Source: an uncultured Nitrospina sp.
Lineage (GTDB): Bacteria; Nitrospinota; Nitrospinia; Nitrospinales; VA-1
Direction: 5' to 3'
Length of the DNA stretch: 64,000 nucleotides
Assembly: GCA_937891765.1 (NCBI GenBank)
Contig: CALAGQ010000001.1
Location: forward strand, 14,864-78,863
Made by a program: the position numbers and the translations under genes. This document shows positions 36,112 through 43,991 of this stretch, one piece after another (position 1 is the stretch's first letter; every line of letters starts with the position of its first letter). Under the pieces are notes generated by a model. That model did not search any database. It was not told where the DNA came from and was given only the letters and a program-made list of their open reading frames with translations.

Positions 36112-36300
36112 ATGGAAAATATAAATACAAAATTAGTGGTAGCGGCCATTCCGCTTAGAGAACGGGCGCATCTGTCACTGGTTCTTTTAAGCAATGAGCT
36201 GGATAGCGATGAACTGGACTACGATATGGCAGACGATGATTCAGTTTATCCCCAGATAATTGAGTGGTACCGGAAAAGGTTCCCGGGTGAAAGAATTTAA
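36112..36300 (+). CDS. small acidic hypothetical protein
   Basis: 62-aa ORF with no Shine-Dalgarno and no family. It sits in the AT-rich region. Confidence 0.2.
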   Translation: MENINTKLVVAAIPLRERAHLSLVLLSNELDSDELDYDMADDDSVYPQIIEWYRKRFPGERI

Positions 36301-36859
36301 GCTGTAAAAAAGTAAATTAAAATTTAGTAATTTTCTTTGCAATAAGTAGATAAGTCATTTAAATCCTAAAAATTCCCCATAAAAAAAGGCCGCTCATGAC
36401 AGAGCGACCTTAAAATATTTTTCTCCATAGCCTTCCCGTTTCCACAGGAAGCATTCTCGAAAAGGCTAAGAATTAAATAAATTTTGTGCATAGCAAAGTC
36501 ACTTTCCAAAATGTCTTAGAAAATAGAGGGCTAGAATTTTGACAGTTGCTATAAACTATTGATTTGTTGAGAAAGTGAAGAGGCTACTTGGTGGTTGTAG
36601 TTTTTCTCTCACGCCGTTACCCAATTATTTCTATGAAACCAATTCAAAAGAGTACAGATCACTTGATTTTTTGTCTCTCTTGATTGCAATCAAGTGAGCG
36701 ACTGTAGCCAAAACTGTAGCCAATTATTTCAGAATTAGTAGGACAATAGGGTGAAATACCGAAATTTCACTGATTGGAAAGGAAGCTGACAACGACCAAG
36801 ATAACGCTTTATCAATAGTTTATAAAAGTTGATAAAATTTAGAGGAAAACTCCTGACAG

Positions 36860-36905
36860 GAATGGCATTCAAGAGGTCAGGGGTTCGATCCCCCTCAGCT
36901 CCACT
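36860..36905 (+). repeat. tmRNA/tRNA-Ala-type 3'-end-like element (intact T-arm plus CAGCTCCA acceptor strand), direct-repeat copy 1 (att-like)
   Basis: The sequence is gaatggcattcaagaggtc-AGGGG-TTCGATC-CCCCT-CAGCTCC-A-ct. The T-stem is a perfect 5 bp with a TTCGATC loop. The acceptor 3' strand is identical to that of E. coli tmRNA. A strong terminator follows. I found no matching 5' acceptor strand (GGGGCTG) upstream. Confidence 0.5.
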
Positions 36906-36917
36906 TAGATATGAAAA

Positions 36918-36949
36918 GGGTTAACTCGAAAGGGTTGACCCCTTTTTTT
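36918..36949 (+). terminator. intrinsic terminator
   Basis: gggttaac (36918-36925) pairs with gttgaccc (36934-36941), with one G-U pair and an 8-nt loop. A T7 run follows at 36943-36949. Confidence 0.75.
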
Positions 36950-37008
36950 GTGGATTGTATGGTAAATGTATAGTGGGGTTTAATTGAGTTGAGAAAGATT
37001 TAAATTGA

Positions 37009-37197
37009 GCTACAACTTACTGGGGCAGGTTAATCCCACGCGATGATTCGCAGACCGTTTTGGAATGGACTTACAATCCACCCATTTCTCCCTGGCTCTC
37101 GGTGCAACCTGATATTCAATACCTGATAAATCCGGGAACCAACCCAACGATAGACAATGCTCTGCAACTTGGTTTTAAATTTGAGACTGTATTTTAA
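37009..37197 (+). pseudogene. C-terminal fragment of an OprB-like (carbohydrate-selective) porin gene
   Basis: The frame is open only from 37009 and has no start codon. It reads ATTYWGRLIPRDDSQTVLEWTYNPPISPWLSVQPDIQYLINPGTNPTIDNALQLGFKFETVF*. The QPDxQYxxNPG...F terminus recalls the OprB family. Confidence 0.4.
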
Positions 37198-37310
37198 TTG
37201 GTTTTAATTATTAGATACTCTATATGAGACTAAATTTTCTTGCCATTTATAATGAAGTAATTTTGATTTCATTAGAACCAGAATTTTTATTAAATAGCTA
37301 GAGGGATCCA

Positions 37311-40300
37311 ATGTTTGAAAGGGAAAAATCGGTTTTAAAAGCTACTCCTGATGGGCAACCCAAAGTGTCCCGCAAAAAGAACCGTCTACACCTGCTTTAT
37401 TTCTTAATGGCCGCCTTTGATTTGTTAACCATTTCTGGCAGCTTATATTTGAACCATGAAATCATGCAGATCTATAATAATTCCCTGAAGAGCAATGAAG
37501 TCTGGGCGGCACGTCAGGCCTATTTTTCGTATCTTGGGGAGATAGCCTCTTCAGTCAACGCCCCGGGAAACGATATATTTGAAACTCGGAACACAAGCTA
37601 TGAAAAGAAAAGGTTAGATAAGGCTATGGCCTTATTTGAAAAGAAATATAAAAAAGGCGAGCAGGATATTTCACAAAATATCCCACCCAGCGAGTCCAAG
37701 GATCTCCTCAGGGAAATGAAAATCGTTCAAAGTGCTGTTTATGATATGTCTGAATCCACAATCGATATTTTTAAACACTTCGACCTCAAAGATATGATAA
37801 CAGCAGGAAAAAATATGGCGATTATGGATCGGCATTACTACCTGGTAACTACACATTTGGCATTACTGGCAAGTAAAATCCGCACCATCCAAAAACTAAA
37901 TTTTGATGAACAAGTAAAAATCGCAAATCAGTTCAAAAAATATGAATATTTGATAGGCGGATTTATCCTATTGATGGTTTGCCTAGCGTTGTTCTATGGA
38001 AACATGATTTTTAAGCGTTTTCTTGAAAAGGAGATCGAAAAAAACGAAGATTTGGATAAAATCAAACAAGTGTCCAATGCGTTGCAGCATAATCAGTTAT
38101 TGAAAGATATTGCTATTATCTCAAATCAAGCCAAAAGACAAAATGAAGCAACACAGAAATGTATTGACTTAATATGTGAAACCATAAAGTGGCCTGTCGG
38201 CCACTTTTATTTGGTAGATAAAAACTCTAACCGCCTTACTTCCACAGAAATATGGCATATGGAGAACGCTGAGAAGTTTAAGGTATTTAAAGAGGTTACT
38301 GAAAAAACCTCCTTTGATATTGGGGTTGGCTTGCCGGGTCGTGTTTGGGGAAGCGGAGAACCAGCATGGATTGTTGATATAACTCAAGACTTAAACTTCC
38401 CAAGAGCAAAAATTGCAGTCGAAATTGGCGTTCGAGGAGCTTTTGCGTTCCCAATAATGGTAGACAAAGAAATTATAGCTGTGATGGAGTTTTACTCAAC
38501 TCTACGAGAAGAACCTAATGAAAGCCTACTAGATATAATGTCATCAATAGGTGTCCAGATGGGGAGGGTGTTCGAGCGCAAGCAGGCGGAAAATAAGCTA
38601 CTTGATGCCCATAACAACCTAGAGAGTCTGGTCAAGATGCGAACTGGTGAACTGAACTTCCAGAAAATGGCCATTGATGAGCACGCCATCGTCAGCATCA
38701 CCGACATCAAAGGAAACATCAACTACGCCAATGACAAGTTTTGTCATATCAGTGGTTATTCCCGTGATGAACTTATGGGGAAAAATCACCGTATATTGAA
38801 ATCTGAGGAGCACCCGCCAGAATTTTATGAGAATATGTGGAAAACTATTTCTAGCGGTAAGCCGTGGCATGGCGATATCAAGAACAAGAACAAGAGCGAG
38901 GGGCATTATTGGGTTCGTACAACCATTATTCCGAACTTAAACTACGATGGAAAACCCTTCCAGTACATTGGTATCCGCACCGAAATCACGGAAAGCAAAA
39001 ATCTAGAGAAGCAATTAATCCTATCCAAAGAAGAAGCCGAAAAAGCCAATCAGGCTAAGTCCCTGTTCCTCGCTAATATGAGCCACGAGATACGCACCCC
39101 CATGAACGCTATTCTTGGTTTTTCCCAGATTCTACTTAGAAAAAAAGATTTGGACAAGGACACAAAAGACGCCCTCGGAACCATCGATACCAGCGGAAAG
39201 AATCTCCTGGCTATGATTAACGAGATTCTGGATATATCCAAAATAGAGGCAGGAAAGATGAAGTTGAATATCTCCGACTTCGACCTCAAGCATTTGGTTG
39301 ATCATCTTTCAAAATTGTTTGAGCTTCGCTGCCAGCAAAAAGCGTTAGAGTGGAATATTACTGAGTTTGCTAACTCGGTTTTGGTTCGAGGCGATGAGAT
39401 CAAATTACAACAGACTCTGGTCAACCTTCTGGGCAATGCTGTCAAATTTACTGACTCGGGGAAGGTTGAGCTTGCTGTAACCCCTTTGGATAATAACCAA
39501 TTTAAGTTTGATGTTATCGACTCTGGAAAGGGTATTCCCCTTGAAGCTCAAGATAAGATTTTCGATGCGTTTCAGCAGGATGACCAGGGAGAAAAAAAAG
39601 GTGGCACGGGCCTTGGACTAGCTATTTCCAAGAAACAGCTGGAACTCATGGGATCAGATTTGCTCTTGAAATCAGAGATCAATAAAGGTGCACATTTCTA
39701 TTTTACCCTGACTCTTCCACCAGCTGAAAAAGAAGTCCTAGAAGATAGAGGAGAAAAATACAGATACGTCACGCATTTAGCCCCGGAGTGTAAAGTTAAA
39801 GCGCTGGTTGTGGATGATGTCAAAGAAAACAGGGATGTGCTTGCAAAATTATTGTCAAGTATTGGCGTTGAAATAATAGAGGCAGAAAACGGGCAAGTAG
39901 CCGTGGAAAAGGTTAAAGAACATCTGCCCGATATCGTGTTCATGGACTTGCGCATGCCGGTCATGGGTGGTGAAGACGCCACCAAACTGATCATAGGGGA
40001 GTTTGGCAGCGATCGCATTAAAATCGTAGCGATTACAGCGTCTGCCTTCGATCGTCGGCGGGGATATTATATAGAAATGGGATTTCATGAATATATTTCA
40101 AAACCGTTCAAGACGGAAGAGATATTCAAGGGCCTCAATGAACTTCTTGGCGTTGAGTATGTTTATGACGATGACGAGATTTCTCAAGAAGAATCATCCT
40201 CAATAAAAGAACTAGACCTAACTCGAATCTCCATACCAGAAGACCTATATGAAAGGATGATGAAATCCGCTGAGTCGTACAGCGTAACGGAACTCGAAAG

Positions 40301-40433
40301 AAATTTAGCAGAGTTAGGTCAGAATAGCGAAGTCCCAGGGCAATTAGTCGAACACTTAAAACAATTGTTGGGGAAATACGATATGGAGGCGATTCTCAAA
40401 GTATTGGAAAGCGTGTCCAAAACCAAGGCTTAA
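37311..40433 (+). CDS. hybrid sensor histidine kinase/response regulator (TM - GAF - PAS - HisKA - HATPase - REC)
   Basis: 1040 aa. It has an H-box (MSHEIRTPMNAI), an N-box (LLGNAVKFT), G-boxes (DSGKGIP, GGTGLGLAIS) and a receiver domain (KALVVDDVKENR...DIVFMDLRMPVMGG...SKPF). A GAF-like and a PAS-like segment precede the H-box. Confidence 0.9.
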   Translation: MFEREKSVLKATPDGQPKVSRKKNRLHLLYFLMAAFDLLTISGSLYLNHEIMQIYNNSLKSNEVWAARQAYFSYLGEIASSVNAPGNDIFETRNTSYEKKRLDKAMALFEKKYKKGEQDISQNIPPSESKDLLREMKIVQSAVYDMSESTIDIFKHFDLKDMITAGKNMAIMDRHYYLVTTHLALLASKIRTIQKLNFDEQVKIANQFKKYEYLIGGFILLMVCLALFYGNMIFKRFLEKEIEKNEDLDKIKQVSNALQHNQLLKDIAIISNQAKRQNEATQKCIDLICETIKWPVGHFYLVDKNSNRLTSTEIWHMENAEKFKVFKEVTEKTSFDIGVGLPGRVWGSGEPAWIVDITQDLNFPRAKIAVEIGVRGAFAFPIMVDKEIIAVMEFYSTLREEPNESLLDIMSSIGVQMGRVFERKQAENKLLDAHNNLESLVKMRTGELNFQKMAIDEHAIVSITDIKGNINYANDKFCHISGYSRDELMGKNHRILKSEEHPPEFYENMWKTISSGKPWHGDIKNKNKSEGHYWVRTTIIPNLNYDGKPFQYIGIRTEITESKNLEKQLILSKEEAEKANQAKSLFLANMSHEIRTPMNAILGFSQILLRKKDLDKDTKDALGTIDTSGKNLLAMINEILDISKIEAGKMKLNISDFDLKHLVDHLSKLFELRCQQKALEWNITEFANSVLVRGDEIKLQQTLVNLLGNAVKFTDSGKVELAVTPLDNNQFKFDVIDSGKGIPLEAQDKIFDAFQQDDQGEKKGGTGLGLAISKKQLELMGSDLLLKSEINKGAHFYFTLTLPPAEKEVLEDRGEKYRYVTHLAPECKVKALVVDDVKENRDVLAKLLSSIGVEIIEAENGQVAVEKVKEHLPDIVFMDLRMPVMGGEDATKLIIGEFGSDRIKIVAITASAFDRRRGYYIEMGFHEYISKPFKTEEIFKGLNELLGVEYVYDDDEISQEESSSIKELDLTRISIPEDLYERMMKSAESYSVTELERNLAELGQNSEVPGQLVEHLKQLLGKYDMEAILKVLESVSKTKA

Positions 40434-40637
40434 CCCTTACGCCCATAAAAGAAGAGGCTGTTAATGTTGCGGACAAGACCCTTCCTAAAACTGTACGGAA
40501 ATTGATCTTCCCGATATCAGTGGACAGTCAGTACCAGTGACTACTCACTAGAAATTCTGAAGTCCAACTCCTCCAGGCTCAGAAACAAATACAACCAAAT
40601 ACCACGAACCAAGACGAAATGAAGAGTGCTCGTGCTT

Positions 40638-40683
40638 GAATGGCATTCATGAGATCGCGCGTTCGATCTCCCTCAGCTCCACT
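40638..40683 (+). repeat. tmRNA/tRNA-3'-end-like element, direct-repeat copy 2 (degenerate T-stem)
   Basis: gaatggcattcatgagatcgcgcgttcgatctccctcagctccact matches copy 1 at 40 of 46 positions (hand count). Four of the six mismatches fall in the T-stem (three on the 5' arm, one on the 3' arm) and destroy its pairing. Confidence 0.5.
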
Positions 40684-40932
40684 CTTAGCCAGAGTGGCGG
40701 TGTGTGTCTGCAGTAATAAATTGTCGGTGGAAATGCCCCGCCTTTTTTGTTTTGGGATGGGTGTTGTATGTCATGGTTCCTAAAAAGGGGGCTCTCCAAA
40801 TATGGTTTCCCTGTTACAATAACAGGATCAACTGGTTTTCCTGTGGCTTAGACATTGTTACTTTCAACCTGAATTAAAGCTGTCGGGTGAAAGTGATTTG
40901 TTCCCGCTAATTTTGCACATTGGAGATAGTGT

Positions 40933-43314
40933 TTGTTAAAATATTTCGATTATTTTCTTGAGAAAAAGAAGAGAGAATACGATCAGCGTCCTTCTACGCC
41001 TTATCCTCACTACCTCCAGCCCATTTTCTCTTCTCAAGATAGAAAATTTTCTGCTGATCCAGAGATAGTGAACAAGATTCCTAAAGTGTTGCAGGATTTG
41101 CGGCATTTTTTAGGCGAACTCGGTAAAATGTCGATACCTTTCCATGAGTATCAAAAGAAAAAAAATCAATTCATCCAGAAGGTTTGTGAGGCCAACGAGA
41201 TTTTATATGCCGTGGCGTGGAATGAGGCTGTTCTTGATCCTGAATTTCGTGAATTGGTTTTTCAGACAAAAATTGGGCGTGGTTATCAAAAGCCCCGTAA
41301 CCGTCCCAGAGTTCTTATTGACCGGGAGAATGTTTCCGCCAGTCTGCTGGAAAAGAAAATTGTTATCGATTTGCCCAATGATAAATTGCTCGTTCTCCCG
41401 GAAAACCTGGAAGGCAGAACCATCCTCTCCGTTGTGCGTCACGGAGCCTCGAAAGGAAACTCGGCAGACTATAAAATTGGTTCTCTTTACCGCAATTTTC
41501 TGTTGCGGCCTCAGGGATTTGACCGGGCAAAGCGGATAGGAGAAGAATTTGCCAAGATGATTCGTCACGCCAATCTGGCGGTAGAGATGAAAACCTCGGT
41601 TCATTATCTTAAAACCAAAAACCAACCTGTGTATGTCAGCCGATCTCCCAATACCCGGCAATTGGCAGGGGCCATCCGTTCCGTGTTGCAAGACCAGAGT
41701 GGATACCGGGATCGGAGACCGATGACTCATCACGATGCCTTGGATTCCCAGAATTTTGGTCTCTTGACAGGCGAATCTAAGGAAGAGGAGTTGAGCCAAA
41801 TGTGCCGGTGTTTAAACATGTCGGAACAGGATGCCAAAAAAGTTTTGAAAGACCCTCTTTATTGCTATCCCGGGGGCGAAACTTTTTATGAAAATTATCT
41901 TTCTACAATAGAGGGCGCTCATGATATTGCCGAAAACCATCTAGGTTCACATGTTTCCTTATTTACTCATTCGAGCATGATGAGAGCCTTGATGATTTAT
42001 CTGGATATGCGTCCGTTTACCGAGGCGTATAACGAGTATATGTCCTATCAGGAGAGGCAGGATAATGTCATCCTTTTGATTTACGATGAGGGGACATTCA
42101 GCAGTTACTCTTGTGCCGTGGGCCTCTCCAAGGAGGAACTGCAGGCCCGCGAGAAAGAGGAGAAGGAAGGTAAAGACCATGAAGACCACTTGCGGAGCAT
42201 CATAGAAATCTCGCGTTCTGAGGTCAGGCGAATTGCCATGATCACCTCAGGAGGGGACTCGCCGGGAATGAACGCCGTTTTAAAAAGCTTCATTGATAAA
42301 TGCCTGTCGTTAGGGGTCACTCCTTATATTTACAGGAAGGGCATCGAAGGAGTTCTTAAGAATGACGGGCAGGAATATACGGAAGAGGCGCAAAGACGGT
42401 TGCTGGCGACACCCGGAAGTGTGATTCAATGCAACAAACGCTTTAAGCTCATAGAGCAGGAAGGGGCAGAGTTTAAAGCCATTGCAAACCTTCGGAAAAA
42501 TAAATGTGACGCCCTGATAATTGTTGGTGGGGATGGGTCGGTCCGGTTGAGCGATAAACTATTTCAGACGGGATATCCGGTGGTTGCCTTACCCGGAACC
42601 ATTGACAACGACCTCCCGGTTTATTGCCTGGGTTTTGATTCTGCGCTGAACGCTACCATTAATCTTATCCAGATGCTGGAATGGACCAGTCGCTCCATGG
42701 AGCGGGTGCATTTAGCCGAGGTTTACGGTGCCGGATCTGGACACTTCGCTCTTACATTGGCGCATGCCGTTAATCCCCAAGCCGTGCTAGTGAATGAGAT
42801 GAAAGATATAGGAATTGATATCGATGATTTCATCGATAATTATTTAGTGGATAAGCTGACTCTTGGCCTCAAAAGTAAAGACAAAAGCCATATTGTGATT
42901 GTCAGTGAAATGATAAAGCATCGTTATATGATTGATCCCAAAGGAGGCGTCAGCGGCTTAAGTCAAGTCCTGGAGTCGAAACTACGAAAAAAGGGATTGG
43001 AGGTAGAGGCCCGGGAAAGTGTTTTCGCTCACTTACAAAGGGGAGCCCCTGTAGGACGGTTGGACCGGGAATATGGACAGGATCTGGGACGCGAAGCGGT
43101 ACTACGAATTAAAACCGATATTGGAAAATTTGCAGGCAAACTATTGGGAAAGGAATACCCAAGTAGCGATCTCTGGGTCACCTTCCCCCTAAACAATTTG
43201 CCCAAACGGCAATTTCGCTGGGATATCTATAAGGAAATTAATAGGCCTCTTATTCAGGAACAAACCTGGCCCGACAAGTTTTACCAGTTTTTTAATCGAA
43301 AGAATCCCTCATAA
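40933..43314 (+). CDS. fusion protein: unknown N-terminal region + histidine phosphatase (PGAM/FBPase-2 superfamily) domain + PfkA-type (ATP-PFK family) kinase domain
   Basis: 793 aa with a TTG start. The phosphatase has an RHG motif at aa 169-171 (VVRHGASKGN) and a second catalytic His in LFTHSSMMRAL (aa 346). The PFK family motifs are MITSGGDSPGMNA, IIVGGDGS, PGTIDND and HLQRGAPVGRLDR. The canonical MGR motif reads YGA. Confidence 0.8.
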   Translation: MLKYFDYFLEKKKREYDQRPSTPYPHYLQPIFSSQDRKFSADPEIVNKIPKVLQDLRHFLGELGKMSIPFHEYQKKKNQFIQKVCEANEILYAVAWNEAVLDPEFRELVFQTKIGRGYQKPRNRPRVLIDRENVSASLLEKKIVIDLPNDKLLVLPENLEGRTILSVVRHGASKGNSADYKIGSLYRNFLLRPQGFDRAKRIGEEFAKMIRHANLAVEMKTSVHYLKTKNQPVYVSRSPNTRQLAGAIRSVLQDQSGYRDRRPMTHHDALDSQNFGLLTGESKEEELSQMCRCLNMSEQDAKKVLKDPLYCYPGGETFYENYLSTIEGAHDIAENHLGSHVSLFTHSSMMRALMIYLDMRPFTEAYNEYMSYQERQDNVILLIYDEGTFSSYSCAVGLSKEELQAREKEEKEGKDHEDHLRSIIEISRSEVRRIAMITSGGDSPGMNAVLKSFIDKCLSLGVTPYIYRKGIEGVLKNDGQEYTEEAQRRLLATPGSVIQCNKRFKLIEQEGAEFKAIANLRKNKCDALIIVGGDGSVRLSDKLFQTGYPVVALPGTIDNDLPVYCLGFDSALNATINLIQMLEWTSRSMERVHLAEVYGAGSGHFALTLAHAVNPQAVLVNEMKDIGIDIDDFIDNYLVDKLTLGLKSKDKSHIVIVSEMIKHRYMIDPKGGVSGLSQVLESKLRKKGLEVEARESVFAHLQRGAPVGRLDREYGQDLGREAVLRIKTDIGKFAGKLLGKEYPSSDLWVTFPLNNLPKRQFRWDIYKEINRPLIQEQTWPDKFYQFFNRKNPS

Positions 43315-43494
43315 CTCTGTCTGTCCGCAGGGTTGAAAGGGAAAATCAGGTCTGGTTCCTGTGGAGCTGTTGCACTTCAAACTTGAATCCACCAGAAATA
43401 AGTCAAGAGAGAAAAGAGGTGCGCCCGCTTTTTTGGGTATACTCCCCGCTGAATTACGTGTCACGGTAAGCTGTTCACAAGAAAAACCCGCATA

Positions 43495-43744
43495 ATTAGG
43501 ACATTCCCGGTATTCATGCTATTCTACCCAAGCATTAAGAGGGGTTGTTCATTTGTAGTTTAAGTTAGTTCCTTCTAGTTTCTCGCCCAGAGCAAACCTA
43601 AAAAATATTATTAGGCGCAGTAGACCACGCAATACCCGGTTTATTCTCGAAGTGTTTTTCTGAAAGTTCTTACCTCACTCCAACCCAATTTAAAATTAGG
43701 GATCAAATTATTCGCTTTTTCTGGATAAGTGCTTCTGCTAAATG
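43495..43744 (+). promoter_or_regulatory. paralogous copy of the csp 5' leader (cold-shock-type long 5' UTR), upstream of sulP
   Basis: It aligns by hand along its whole length with the reverse complement of 47440-47700. Shared blocks: attaggac, catgcta, gggttgtt, ttgtagt, ttccttctagtttctcgcc, tcgaagtg, aaagttctt, ccaacccaatttaaaa, ttttctgga and ATGGCAG. Confidence 0.55.
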
Positions 43745-43991
43745 GCAGGGGACCATTTATTGTCCAGTGGGAAGAATAAAAGCGTTGAACACAGACCACC
43801 TCTCAGGCGAGGAAAATAGAATAGGCCATCCTCCGCCATCATAAAACCTTATAAAGACCTGAATAAAATTTCCTGCAGAAAATTAATTCTGCGAGGCTCC
43901 TTTTGTATTTCTGTGAAAGGGCTTGGTTGTTTGGTTGAGTTCTTTTATTGTGTGAAACCTTTTAAGCGGATTTTTTTAAAAACATTATTAT

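Noticed and set aside
36524-36905. A possible full-length tmRNA (ssrA) gene ending at the intact T-arm/acceptor element. The candidate 5' end is agagggctagaattttgacag, which is loosely like the GGGGCUGAUUCUGGAUUCGAC start of tmRNA.
   Set aside because: No 5' strand can pair with CAGCTCC (GGGGCTG or GGAGCTG is needed). I could not trace pseudoknots. The tag-like ORF ends in SIVYKS instead of an Ala-rich terminus and lies only about 45 nt before the T-arm. I report only the 3'-end-like repeat and leave the call to a covariance model.
36781-36905. A tRNA-Sec-like reading: GGAAGCTG at 36781 as an 8-nt acceptor strand, and TTCAA (anticodon TCA) at 36868-36872.
   Set aside because: The 3' strand lacks one T needed to pair. 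The span is about 125 nt, which is too long. No anticodon stem or variable arm can be drawn around the TCA.
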